From a virus (taxonomy: Duplodnaviria > Caudoviricetes), in IMG/VR virus record IMGVR_UViG_2541047088_000005, positions 1,126 to 65,125 of that record: a DNA stretch of 64,000 nucleotides, one strand, 5' to 3'. The position numbers were made by a program, and so were the translations under genes. This document shows positions 9,851-19,384 of this stretch, piece by piece. Numbering within the stretch: the first letter of the stretch is position 1; every line of letters starts with the position of its first letter. Below the pieces are notes generated by a model. The model searched no databases and was not told the DNA's origin. It saw only the letters and a program-made list of their open reading frames with translations.

Positions 9851-11122
9851 CTATGCCTCAGATGTATATTCCAGCGTAACAAGTACAAAAGCATCATTTT
9901 TAGTCGGTTTTCCGTCAAATCTTCCTTTACCTCTGAATGCCATCTGGTCCTCAGAAAACTTGACATGCTCTGATTTATCAATCACAATGCTTTCACGTTC
10001 AACAAGGGTATACTTGTCAAACTCACCGTATAGGATTTCATCAGTATCCATATTGTTGTTGAATACAACCCGTAATCCTAACAAGTCAGGATTTTTAAGG
10101 TTTGGAAGTTTTGCAACAACCTCACCTGTTGCAGTTGGTTGAATGCTGTATCCCAATAGTCTGTTATAATATGTAGATCTTTTCATAACAGCAACAATCT
10201 CGCCAACACTGTCGTCCCCAGAATCAATCAATCCGATAGGCTTAACAATATCAACATATCCTGTCGGGTCTGTAACAGTTACTTTATGATCTTCTGCAAG
10301 TTTAGGAATAATGCCATCAGGTTGCTTATTGGCTGAACCTGTCCCTTTTAATATCGCAAGGTCAAGACCCTTAGCTATAGCACGGGCGATTTTCTTTGTA
10401 ACATAATCATCAAGATTTATGATACTGTCCTGAAGCATGGCATTGTCAACAAAGGTAACCTTTCCAATCTTGTAACCGTCAAAGCTGATATCTGTGATTG
10501 TTCCGACTTCCGAGGTTGGTAATGTACCAGTCTGTTCAATCCAGGTTGCAGCTGCTGTATCAGTATCAATCAGAATTCTTGCAGTCCCCGTTACCCTTAT
10601 CTTGTCAACCAACGGATACAAAGTCGTAAAGTCTCCCATAATATCCATGATACGGTTGATAACAACCTCTGGAATTGTCAGGCCTTCTCCGCCGACTGCC
10701 CTTAGATTTTTAAATTTCTCGTAAAACTCTTTTACTTCTGACCTCTCGTAGTATGCACCTGATTTTAAAAGCTCCCTTACTTGGTATCTGTTCATACTGT
10801 TTCCTCCTCTTTCTTCAATATCTTTTTTAGGTGGTTTTGGATTGTTTCCTCTTGCTTCAATTTCAGCAAGTTCACCTTCAATACGTGTGATTTCAGCTGA
10901 GACACTTGTAATTTTTTCATCTGTACCAGCTTCAGCAATTTCATTTTCCAGCTCATCAATGCCCTGTTGTACAAGAGCGATATCTTCGTCAGTCTTTGCT
11001 TCCTCTAAAGCTGTTCTAAGTTCGTTCTGCCTTTTTTTAAAATCGGTTCTCTTCTCTTGTAGAATCTGCATCTCAGCATTTCTTTGCTTTAACTCTGCCT
11101 GTAATTTCAGCTGTTTTAGCAT
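9851..11122 (-). CDS. Major capsid protein, HK97 fold
   Basis: Coiled-coil delta domain, GLTIPE, AAATWIEQ, AFRGKGRFDGKP. Confidence 0.9.
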   Translation of the reverse strand: MLKQLKLQAELKQRNAEMQILQEKRTDFKKRQNELRTALEEAKTDEDIALVQQGIDELENEIAEAGTDEKITSVSAEITRIEGELAEIEARGNNPKPPKKDIEERGGNSMNRYQVRELLKSGAYYERSEVKEFYEKFKNLRAVGGEGLTIPEVVINRIMDIMGDFTTLYPLVDKIRVTGTARILIDTDTAAATWIEQTGTLPTSEVGTITDISFDGYKIGKVTFVDNAMLQDSIINLDDYVTKKIARAIAKGLDLAILKGTGSANKQPDGIIPKLAEDHKVTVTDPTGYVDIVKPIGLIDSGDDSVGEIVAVMKRSTYYNRLLGYSIQPTATGEVVAKLPNLKNPDLLGLRVVFNNNMDTDEILYGEFDKYTLVERESIVIDKSEHVKFSEDQMAFRGKGRFDGKPTKNDAFVLVTLEYTSEA

Positions 11123-11697
11123 CTAATCCCCTCCAGTTTCTTTTTTAAATCTATTTTTCTTTGCTCCCGGCTTCTATTTTGAGACACCTCGAAGTCTTTC
11201 TGCCTTGCCTGTATTTCTGTCTGTGGGTATGCCGGAAATGTACATATAGAAACCTCCATGGTATCTGCTTCATTTACTGTCCAGTGCAATCCGTCATCCC
11301 GTTCCTCATAGTCCTCTCCTTTAGGCTCAAACCCGAAGGAACAGCCTGATATATCCCCTCTTTCAACCCGTGCATAGACATCCATTGCCTGTGAATCATT
11401 GGGGTTAATCTTTACCCTGCCCCACAAGCCATATGCATCCACTTTCAGTTCAAGTGTTTTACTTGCTGTTCTGCCCAAAACAAATCCGCTGTCATGGTTG
11501 AACAAACAGCGGATATCGTTATTTTTTATTGAATTGTCGAATGCCCCTCTTGCTATCTTCTCAAAACACCGGGGCCAGAGTTCGGTTTCCTGCTCAAATA
11601 CTGCGAAATATCCTTCTATGTATTTGTCATTTTCACCCTCTGCCCGGGTCTTAAGTTCACTTTTGAAATAGGAGTGTCTTTTATCCACCGTTACCAC
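11116..11697 (-). CDS. HK97-family prohead protease
   Basis: IEGYFAVF, CLFNHD, GCSFGF, EVSICTFPAY. Confidence 0.9.
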   Translation of the reverse strand: MVTVDKRHSYFKSELKTRAEGENDKYIEGYFAVFEQETELWPRCFEKIARGAFDNSIKNNDIRCLFNHDSGFVLGRTASKTLELKVDAYGLWGRVKINPNDSQAMDVYARVERGDISGCSFGFEPKGEDYEERDDGLHWTVNEADTMEVSICTFPAYPQTEIQARQKDFEVSQNRSREQRKIDLKKKLEGIRC

Positions 11698-12877
11698 CTC
11701 CTTGTTCCAGTTTCTTTTGTTTACTTAAATCAGAAACTTTCAAATAGTTTTCTAACACTGTATAATCGTTCATGCCATCAACATCTACAGGTGAGTAATC
11801 AAACTCGGCTCTACCTTCATTTTTACTTAACATGCCAGTTGTAACCATTTTAACTACATGCTCGTCTTTTTCACCTAAATCATACTGCATAAGGGATTTA
11901 GGGTTGAATTTAAAGTACATTGTCGGTGAAAATAAAAGTTTCTTGGACAGCTCTTGCTGCAGGATCATGGCTATGGACATTATCGTTGTAGAAATAAAAT
12001 TGTTGTACTCTTCCTTATTAAAAGCACCTACCCCAACCATAAAGCCGGGAACTCCTATTGCCGCCGCTATGACTTTTAGGTCTAGGGTTATACTGTCCTG
12101 TATTGCAAGGTCATTAAGGGTAAGGGGCTGTATTGTTTTTACATCTATCTCCCCCGCCGGAATCAACCACGGCTCCCCTATTTCAGTTGTCTTAGTGTAA
12201 CTACCGAGAATTTTTGCCCGTTTTTCAGGATCCTGCAATTCTTCTGCATCAGAATTGATTGATATTATCATGCTCGGTTTCCATTTACTTTTCAGGAACC
12301 CTTTTTTAGTTGCATTTGCTTGCAGAAGGTTCATCACCGTTTCTTTAATCAACTGTGTGTAGCCTTGCCCTTTAAATGGGTAATCATCATCGGGATTCAA
12401 AACAAAATGCAGTACTTCGTCAGGGTAATATGGTGTGCCTCTATACCTTATTTGATAACTGTCCCCCACCTCATCAAAATTTAGACTGTCGGCATTAAGT
12501 ATTTTCAGGTTATCAATCAAGCCGTTTTTTATCTGAGGGTATGCAACTGCATTACCGGTCAGTATCATATCTGTTACAAGCTTGTGAATGAAGTTTTTTC
12601 GGGTCATGTTATTGTTTGGGTATATGTCAATCTTCTTTGATAATTCATTTTTCAGCCGTATATCTCCGTTTTCTCCATTCTCCATTAACATGATTGTCAT
12701 GTTGGACACCAGATCAGCAATCTTAAAAACACACCTTCTTATTTCTTCATTTTTAGATAATGGCGTATAGCCTTCCGGGCAAAGTATATCTCTGGCATCC
12801 GTACCGTTAAGCCACAACATTACCGGGTCTGCCCGTGTCTTATTCCTTCTAAATGGATTTTTCAATTTCATCACCAC
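11681..12877 (-). CDS. Portal protein (HK97 family)
   Basis: LTGNAVAY, EVLHFVLN, IAAAIGVP, NEGRA. Confidence 0.88.
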   Translation of the reverse strand: MVMKLKNPFRRNKTRADPVMLWLNGTDARDILCPEGYTPLSKNEEIRRCVFKIADLVSNMTIMLMENGENGDIRLKNELSKKIDIYPNNNMTRKNFIHKLVTDMILTGNAVAYPQIKNGLIDNLKILNADSLNFDEVGDSYQIRYRGTPYYPDEVLHFVLNPDDDYPFKGQGYTQLIKETVMNLLQANATKKGFLKSKWKPSMIISINSDAEELQDPEKRAKILGSYTKTTEIGEPWLIPAGEIDVKTIQPLTLNDLAIQDSITLDLKVIAAAIGVPGFMVGVGAFNKEEYNNFISTTIMSIAMILQQELSKKLLFSPTMYFKFNPKSLMQYDLGEKDEHVVKMVTTGMLSKNEGRAEFDYSPVDVDGMNDYTVLENYLKVSDLSKQKKLEQGGGNGG

Positions 12878-12881
12878 CCTT

Positions 12882-14690
12882 CTAAAACCATCCGCTTAGC
12901 TTACCTTTTTCCAATGCTTCCAATTTCCTTACACATGCAAAAACAGAGGCATCGAATATATCAATCCTCTGTGAATCCTCAACCTTTTCATACTGTACCA
13001 TGTCATCCGTTTTCTCAATTGCCCTTACATTCTGAACACAGTATTCATATGCCTGGGAGCTGAGATAATATAAATTTCCGTCTTTTGCCTTCTGCTCTAT
13101 CCGTCTGAACCCCTCGGACTTTTTATAGAAATATTGAGGCTGGTCAATAATATTGAAGTTTGCTTTCTTCATTCCAATAAAATATTCTCTACAGAATTTT
13201 CTATCATGCCCAACCTGCTTTATTTTAAAACCCATGTTTCTCATTTTTTTAAACCAGTTGACAATCTCGGCATGATTAACTGTTGCCGAATTACTCATGT
13301 CAAGCCAGCCGTCATCCTTCCAGCCAAATAGCGGAATGCTGTCTTCATCTGCCTTTTGAGCTGCCGCAACTATTGGAAACCATGCATGAGAGATTATAAT
13401 ATCTATTTCCTCGGGTACTTCTATTACTTCTCCCTTTTCATTTGTGATTTTAATCATCCGCCCGGTCATATAACTTCCATATAAAGCAGCCGCCGTCAAG
13501 TCATGGAGCTTTGACAAGTCTGCACCGCCATACCATTCAATGGGCAAGTTTTTCAGAAACTCAATCTTTTTATCCAGTTTCCACTCCGGCTTGATGTTGA
13601 GCTTTGCTTCGCAAGCTGTGTCAGACTTCCTGAATTCATCAATGTTGAAATATGCTCTTAATGCGGCAGTAAATACATTTAAAGATTTGGCAAAAAAGTC
13701 TTTTCTCAACTGAGGATCGTTCATGGCTTGCAAGGAATCATTTAAAATATCGTCGGGCCGTATTGAGACTCCATATGCCGGGTTTGCCATCTCATGAATA
13801 ACCGGGTTTGTATAGTCAACATCCCCGTTTTCTTTTTCATCTGCCTTGCAAATAAAGACAAAGTACTGTTCATCGGTTACTGTCTTATCAAGAATCTTTT
13901 TACAATACTGAAGCTTTTGATAACAGAAGCTTGTCATACTGTCTCCGGCAGTAGTAATACCTATCATCAATTTATTTGTGTATGCCTTCATTGCTTCCTT
14001 TATAATGTTGTACTGCTTCGGTGTCTTGTATGCATGTATTTCATCAGCTATACCGATGTTACAGTTAAGAGAATCCTGACTGTCAGGGTTCGCCGCCAGT
14101 GCCTGAATAAATAAAGAACCGTCATCCAAATCCCCGCTAATGCTATGCTCCTGATTATTGTCAATAACCCGGAAGTTTTCCTTCTCTCCCATCTGTTCCA
14201 AATTAAAATTAATGAAGTTGAAGCTTTCAAGGGATTGTTTCAAAGCAGCAGCAACAATATATACCTTGCTGCCACTTCGCCTTTCCAAAATACCAAGGGC
14301 CCATGCAAGAGCAGCGGCAAAACTTGTCTTGATATTTTTTCTGGGAATAAAAATAAACGCCTCTTTGAAGCGCCTTCTTTTAGTCCCTTTGTGGTAAAAC
14401 CCTAAAATGTTATATACAATAAATTTATGAAACGGTTCCAATAAAAAAGGCGTACCCCGGAGTGGAGTGCCGTCCAACTTTTCCCCCTGCATATGTACGA
14501 AAGTGTTCTCAATCAACTCAATAACGAATTCTGCATCATCAGTTTTAAAGTCGTATAGTGGATTCTCTAAGTCCTTTAAAAACCTTTGACAGCATTGGAT
14601 CTGTTCTTTACAAGCAATTTTTCTATGGCCTGTGATACTTCTGGCATACTCCATTATAATATCAAAATTGTTAACTTTAGAATCAGCCAT
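12882..14690 (-). CDS. Terminase large subunit (outer phage)
   Basis: IFIPRKNIKT Walker A, IADEIH Walker B, ITTAG, GADLSKLHDL. Confidence 0.92.
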   Translation of the reverse strand: MADSKVNNFDIIMEYARSITGHRKIACKEQIQCCQRFLKDLENPLYDFKTDDAEFVIELIENTFVHMQGEKLDGTPLRGTPFLLEPFHKFIVYNILGFYHKGTKRRRFKEAFIFIPRKNIKTSFAAALAWALGILERRSGSKVYIVAAALKQSLESFNFINFNLEQMGEKENFRVIDNNQEHSISGDLDDGSLFIQALAANPDSQDSLNCNIGIADEIHAYKTPKQYNIIKEAMKAYTNKLMIGITTAGDSMTSFCYQKLQYCKKILDKTVTDEQYFVFICKADEKENGDVDYTNPVIHEMANPAYGVSIRPDDILNDSLQAMNDPQLRKDFFAKSLNVFTAALRAYFNIDEFRKSDTACEAKLNIKPEWKLDKKIEFLKNLPIEWYGGADLSKLHDLTAAALYGSYMTGRMIKITNEKGEVIEVPEEIDIIISHAWFPIVAAAQKADEDSIPLFGWKDDGWLDMSNSATVNHAEIVNWFKKMRNMGFKIKQVGHDRKFCREYFIGMKKANFNIIDQPQYFYKKSEGFRRIEQKAKDGNLYYLSSQAYEYCVQNVRAIEKTDDMVQYEKVEDSQRIDIFDASVFACVRKLEALEKGKLSGWF

Positions 14691-15063
14691 TCTTACTCAT
14701 CACCTGTGTGAGCTTGCTTGTTTTTTTCTTAGCTTTCATTTCGTCGTTTATTTTTTTCAAGCCTAATGGAGTCAATCCCAAAATGCTCCTGTAGTTAACA
14801 AGGTCACTCCGTAAATTTTCAATAGCCAAGTACGTTGCTGTTTTTCTTATGTTCGTGAATCCTGAATTATTGGTGTACTCCTCCATCATCTTGCCGCCGC
14901 TGATAATGAAATCCTTGTATGCCCGATTGTAAATCTGCTGAGTCTCAGCATAAATTTTAACAGTGGCATCAAATTGCGGTTTGTAGGTATTGACTTCCTG
15001 CATTTCTTTAATTGTGTTTTTAATGATTTTGTTAACTTCTTTTTGTTCCGGTGACATTGACAT
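14683..15063 (-). CDS. Terminase small subunit, P27 family
   Basis: LGLTP motif near C-terminus; directly upstream of TerL. Confidence 0.8.
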   Translation of the reverse strand: MSMSPEQKEVNKIIKNTIKEMQEVNTYKPQFDATVKIYAETQQIYNRAYKDFIISGGKMMEEYTNNSGFTNIRKTATYLAIENLRSDLVNYRSILGLTPLGLKKINDEMKAKKKTSKLTQVMSKNG

Positions 15064-15134
15064 TTTTTAATAACCCCCTTTTTTTAAAAATTCCGGTCTA
15101 TTGGAAAAGCCTCCCTATCCCCGGTGTCCCAAAA

Positions 15135-15425
15135 TTAATTATTTTTGTCCTTGGGTGGGGGGGTTCTTTTCCTCAATGCTTCTCCCTGTGGTGTCAATTT
15201 CTTGGTAAGTCTGTGATGCATTTTGTTGTGTACCCTATTTGCAAGGGATATAAGGTTCCAATCCTCCCATGCATACTCTGGATATTCATCAGCAGGCCAT
15301 ATGTGATGAACCATATCAGCATCGATTCTTTTTCCATACCGTTTGCTTTCCTGACACATGTAACCGTCACGCTTTAAAATGTGTTCCCGTTTCCGTTCCC
15401 ACCGCTTGGAATTATAATCAATCAT
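15135..15425 (-). CDS. HNH endonuclease (cos-phage packaging type)
   Basis: RDGYMCQ...VHHIWP...NLISL...HNKMH upstream of terS. Confidence 0.85.
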   Translation of the reverse strand: MIDYNSKRWERKREHILKRDGYMCQESKRYGKRIDADMVHHIWPADEYPEYAWEDWNLISLANRVHNKMHHRLTKKLTPQGEALRKRTPPPKDKNN

Positions 15426-15598
15426 ATTAACACCTCAACTAATTAAAATTTACATACATTATAGAAGGAAAAATTTTTTCACTTTAACATATCTACTATT
15501 CTGTTAAACTGGCATTTCCCTTGTAAAGCCTTGAATTAATGCATCTTAGGATAACATTGCAAATGAGTTTAACACATTCTCGTTATGTTAATGTCAAA

Positions 15599-16148
15599 TC
15601 AAAATAAACGAAATTTCTTCATGCTCTTATTGATGTCTTCCTGCTCTATTCCAATGTACCTTAAAGTGATTTTTTGGCTTGAATGATTGAATATTGTCAT
15701 TAACAATGCTGCATCTTTGAATTGTTTATAGTGTTGATAACCAAATGTTTTTCTTAACGTGTGAGTACCGAGGTCAGGTATGTCAAATAAATTGCCAACC
15801 TCTTTCATTATCTGATATGCTCTTACCCGGCTTAAGGGAGTATTCTTACCCTGTCTACTTGGTATTAAATATTCGTTAGGGTTCTTCCCTTCACAATATT
15901 TTTTTAATTCTTTTTTTAGTCTCAGGATTTATTTCAAACTTTTTCTCTTTCTTAGTTTTCTTTTCACGAATCCTGATTACGTCTTTATTTTTAACATCAC
16001 ATATCCGTAGTTTAAGAATGTCTGAAATTCTAAGTCCTGAATAAGCACCAGTGTAGAACATAATAAAATCCCTTTTATTATTCATCTTTAGGTACGAACA
16101 AATTTGTTTGATTTTCTCAGGATCCCTTATAGGGTCAACAGTGTTCAT
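15599..16148 (-). pseudogene. Small tyrosine recombinase, frameshifted near 15911-15918
   Basis: GLRISD in 5' ORF; HTLRKTF, NHSS, TLRY in 3' ORF; removing one base near the A7 run restores KKELKKYCEGKNPNEYL. Confidence 0.8.
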
Positions 16149-16182
16149 CTTAAACCACCTTCTTTGCATAAATACTTTTAGG

Positions 16183-16223
16183 AAAACAAAAATACCGCCC
16201 CGGCCTTCACCCCGAAACGGTAC
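16183..16223 (-). terminator. Intrinsic terminator-like hairpin
   Basis: GTACCG...CGGTAT stem with G-U pairs followed by T-run on minus strand. Confidence 0.5.
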
Positions 16224-16255
16224 TTTTCAGATTACATAATAACATCATTTAATGT

Positions 16256-16282
16256 GACATTGCATCGACATGTTTTGGACAT
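16256..16282 (-). promoter_or_regulatory. Candidate late-promoter activator site (3 x ATGTC, 11-bp period)
   Basis: GACAT at 16256, 16267, 16278 upstream of the recombinase-HNH-terminase operon. Confidence 0.5.
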
Positions 16283-16363
16283 TAATAATCGTTTCAATAT
16301 TTTTATAATAAAGAATCTTATAACTCAATTTATTCAGCCACAAATTTTCTAACCATAGTTAAT

Positions 16364-17286
16364 TTAATACATACATAATGCTTTATACATTCGAGCTTCT
16401 GATTTTTCACTAATTTCGTGATAATTTTCGCTGACATCCCCATATCTATCATTTTCAAAGCAATAATGGCGAAACTCATCAAAAAAGTGTTCTATATCCA
16501 TAGTAATCCCTTCTATAAAGCACCCATACTCTACTAATTCATTTAAAGCACATTTATCAGCAGGATCCAATAAATATCTTTCATTAAAAGGGTGTTTTTT
16601 TCCTATTTATTTTTGAGAAATAACTCATAAATATAATTTATATTATTTTGATTTGTTTTGACTAAATTACATTTATTATTCTCGTAACTATTTTTTAGCA
16701 TTATAGAATGGAAATTGGTAAGCTGATAACATTGCATCAAATCATCTTCTAAAAATTCTTGAGGGTTAATAATATCCTTATTTTTCATAAAAAACTCATT
16801 TAACGGCATAGAGTATGAACTATATTCCCTTAAAAATTTCAATGTTTCAAAATGTTCGCGAGCATTGAAGGAAATTATCGGTTTTTTCCCTATAGCAAAA
16901 TTGGAAGAAAAACAGTTTATAACTTTAGAATGATTAATATTAATAAGCTTTTCTACAGTTTCTTTATCATCTAAGTATAATGTAGACAGCATTGCATGAA
17001 ATAAAGAATAGTAACTTAAAAAATAATATGCAGAATAAATACCATTTTGAAATGCAAATTGTGCTTCTGTAAAAAAAGTAGATGACGTTGCTATTTCCTT
17101 TAATGATTTTCTTGTCCTAATAGTCCACTCTATCAATTTATTTTCATCACAAGATTTGAATATTTTACTATATCTACTCATCCAATTATTATAGTATTTT
17201 GTCTGCTCTTTTTCGTCAGGTATATTCTTATTTAATAATTCAAAATTTGCAACTAACCCATCTGGAATATGTATTTCAAAAGCCAT
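16364..17286 (-). pseudogene. HEPN-like protein moron, probably split by a 1-nt deletion near 16605
   Basis: YYSLFHAM, NHSKVINCF, LREYSSY motifs; one extra A at aat-aaa-tag joins both ORFs (NKIGKKHPFNERYLLDPADK). Confidence 0.55.
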
Positions 17287-17368
17287 AATTACCTCCGCTA
17301 ATACAATTATATGCATTATATTAACATATATTTCAAATAATTAAATAATTTTACTTCAATTTCACAGA

Positions 17369-17407
17369 AAAAATATCGCTCAATTTTCAACAGAGAGCGA
17401 TATTTTT
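17369..17407. terminator. Bidirectional terminator-like hairpin after late regulator
   Basis: AAAAATATCGCTC / GAGCGATATTTTT. Confidence 0.65.
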
Positions 17408-17441
17408 ATCAAAGATATTATACTAAAATTTTATATTTCAC

Positions 17442-18068
17442 TTATGCATCCAGCTTCAACCCATCCACACCGAATATCAAAACCGATAATTCTTCAATAG
17501 CTTCTTTTCTGTCCCTTTCAATAGTCTTTGTACTGCAATACAGCTCTTCGGCCATCTGACTGTATGTCTTTTTGTCAATATACAGACCCACAAGCACCCT
17601 GTATTTTCTCTCCTTCTCCGGCTCCGATTTTGTTATGTACTTGTAGTACCCGAGGATCCTTTTAATGTGGTTAACAATAAGAAAGGTTCTTTCTCTTGTC
17701 CTCATAATTGAACGGACATAAACTTCGTCCTCATCGTCCTCCACCTCATCCAGAATGTCAATTGCATTAGCCTGCTTCAGCTGTTTGCTGGTGTACAGTG
17801 CCGTGTTGCAGTGTGCCACAAATTTGTTGTAGTTCTTTAGCAGTAAATCAGTATTCCTTAGCCTCCTATCAAACCGTGATTTCCTTTTTTCCTCCTTCTC
17901 CTTGCTGATCCTGTCCAGAGCTTCCCTGACTCCGGCTTGTACCCCAATCTGAATAATCTTGTCAATTGAAAATTCCACTCCATCTCCCGCCTTTCTCTCT
18001 TTGAACTTGTTTTCTACTGCATCTGTGTTATAATAAAAGTGAACATTTGTTTGGGCGAGAGAGCCCAT
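17442..18068 (-). CDS. Late transcriptional regulator (ArpU/RinA-like, sigma70 region-4 HTH); likely start GTG 17978
   Basis: C-terminal YIDKKTYSQMAEELYCSTKTIERDRKEAI; position upstream of packaging genes. Confidence 0.75.
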   Translation of the reverse strand: MGSLAQTNVHFYYNTDAVENKFKERKAGDGVEFSIDKIIQIGVQAGVREALDRISKEKEEKRKSRFDRRLRNTDLLLKNYNKFVAHCNTALYTSKQLKQANAIDILDEVEDDEDEVYVRSIMRTRERTFLIVNHIKRILGYYKYITKSEPEKERKYRVLVGLYIDKKTYSQMAEELYCSTKTIERDRKEAIEELSVLIFGVDGLKLDA

Positions 18069-18079
18069 TTTTTTTGCAC

Positions 18080-18114
18080 AAAAAACCGCACTTCTTAAAA
18101 AATGAATGTGCGGT
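18080..18114 (-). terminator. Intrinsic terminator of DUF2691 moron
   Basis: ACCGCAC...GTGCGGT followed by TTTTT on minus strand. Confidence 0.65.
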
Positions 18115-18162
18115 CGTGACTATTTTACTCTTATAAATTATATAAAATACCAAAACTTCTTC

Positions 18163-18651
18163 CTACTCAATTCTAAATCTATTGGCCAGTAACTCCGTTT
18201 CACTAATATACTTAACATTCTCGTATCCCATTTTCAGAGTGTAATTGTACATTTTCCCCAACAATTGTTTGTCTTTGCACCAAAGGATAACCCCCGAGCA
18301 ATCGTATACACATAGTGCCATTTGGCAATCACTTTGTAGGAACTCTTGATAATTTGTAATATCTTCAACAGCTCCCTCTTCATTGAAAGCCTTAAGCGTA
18401 GCAAATACCATGTAATAAGTATTGTCTTTTGCCCTATTATATAAAATATCTCCGGATATAATTCGTTCTTCAGCCTTAAATAAGAATTCGTTTGTAAATT
18501 CACCATCTTCAAGCAAGTGTATCTCATCCCGGCTAAGTAACCACATGAAATTCTGGGCTTCCAAAGGCTCTAGTAGGTCAGATAAGTAATGCCCATAACC
18601 GTTAGTTATTTCAAAACATATCCCCATGTTTCTCAATAAGGTATCCTCCAA
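18163..18651 (-). CDS. DUF2691-like protein (moron)
   Basis: MGICFEITNGYGHYLSDLL...FATLKAF...YQEFLQSDCQ...CKD pattern. Confidence 0.6.
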   Translation of the reverse strand: MEDTLLRNMGICFEITNGYGHYLSDLLEPLEAQNFMWLLSRDEIHLLEDGEFTNEFLFKAEERIISGDILYNRAKDNTYYMVFATLKAFNEEGAVEDITNYQEFLQSDCQMALCVYDCSGVILWCKDKQLLGKMYNYTLKMGYENVKYISETELLANRFRIE

Positions 18652-18738
18652 ATATAATTTTAACTTTTTTCATTTGTCCGACTCATATATAATAATACAT
18701 TTTAATAATTCCAATATATACTATATGTTAGACTTACT

Positions 18739-18743
18739 CAAGT
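18739..18743 (+). repeat. 5-bp target site duplication CAAGT (left copy)
   Basis: ctCAAGT|TGTAGCC; the same 5-mer follows the right end. Confidence 0.85.
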
Positions 18744-18751
18744 TGTAGCCG

Positions 18752-18795
18752 CTCAAAATTTTTGGCACAAATTCTCAAAATATTTGGCAAAAATT
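18752..18795 (+). repeat. Two tandem 22-bp repeats, candidate transposase binding sites (Mu R1/R2-like)
   Basis: CTCAAAATTTTTGGCACAAATT and CTCAAAATATTTGGCAAAAATT start 8 bp inside the TG end. Confidence 0.7.
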
Positions 18796-18809
18796 TTATT
18801 GTTTCTTTG

Positions 18810-18856
18810 AAATAATTCCTAGAGAATATTTTTATTATATACTCTAGGAATTATTT
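18810..18856. repeat. Perfect 15-bp inverted repeat
   Basis: AAATAATTCCTAGAG-17 nt-CTCTAGGAATTATTT. Confidence 0.8.
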
Positions 18857-18878
18857 AATCTAGGTCGTTTTTTTATCC

Positions 18879-19238
18879 TTATCCAACTACTAGAATAATC
18901 TCGCCATTTGATAATTTACTTTTTGTTACTGTACCTCCACCGCCTCCAGATATGCTTATACGATTATCTATATTATCAACAAAAGTACAATTTGCGTTAT
19001 AAGAGGTTGACCCTCTACCACCACCACCAGAATTATTAACATCATTTTTTATGATTTTACTCTCATTGCACGTACAGGTCTTACGTTTACGATTATATAT
19101 ACAATAATCAAATAACCCTACACCACCACCCTCGGACAATTTATGCCAATAGGGACATTTAATAATATTACTATATTCTTTTTTATATCTTATTTTCTTT
19201 ATAAAACGTTGAAATTTAATGCATAGTGATTTTAACAT
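18879..19238 (-). CDS. Cys/Gly-rich hypothetical protein, last gene of Mu-like tail operon
   Basis: AAGGAGG RBS before ATG 19238; CPYW, CIY, CTC and two GGGG tracts. Confidence 0.55.
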   Translation of the reverse strand: MLKSLCIKFQRFIKKIRYKKEYSNIIKCPYWHKLSEGGGVGLFDYCIYNRKRKTCTCNESKIIKNDVNNSGGGGRGSTSYNANCTFVDNIDNRISISGGGGGTVTKSKLSNGEIILVVG

Positions 19239-19254
19239 AAGTTCAGTAACCTCC

Positions 19255-19371
19255 TTAACCAATTATTTTGGATTTTTCCTCGGCGGTTATCCATCCCTTT
19301 GATACTGCAATGCCCAGTTGTTCTGCTGTTAGTTTTCCTATATTATATAAATAATGTAATCTTTCAAACAT
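19255..19371 (-). CDS. xkdX: XkdX-family small protein (38 aa, not in ORF track)
   Basis: MFERLHYLYNIGKLTAEQLGIAVSKGWITAEEKSKIIG; paralogue of 1215..1331. Confidence 0.75.
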   Translation of the reverse strand: MFERLHYLYNIGKLTAEQLGIAVSKGWITAEEKSKIIG

Positions 19372-19384
19372 ATCTTTATACCTC

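Noticed and set aside
15064-15180. cos site between HNH and terS
   Set aside because: Plausible by position and G/C runs, but no cohesive-end sequence can be identified without virion end sequencing
18061-18120. c-di-GMP-type riboswitch
   Set aside because: No GAAA tetraloop/receptor two-stem layout; a single hairpin plus U-tract fits a terminator
18726-18743. Alternative left end at TGTTAGAC (18726)
   Set aside because: No matching 5-bp duplication at the right end, whereas 18744 gives an exact CAAGT duplication and terminal similarity
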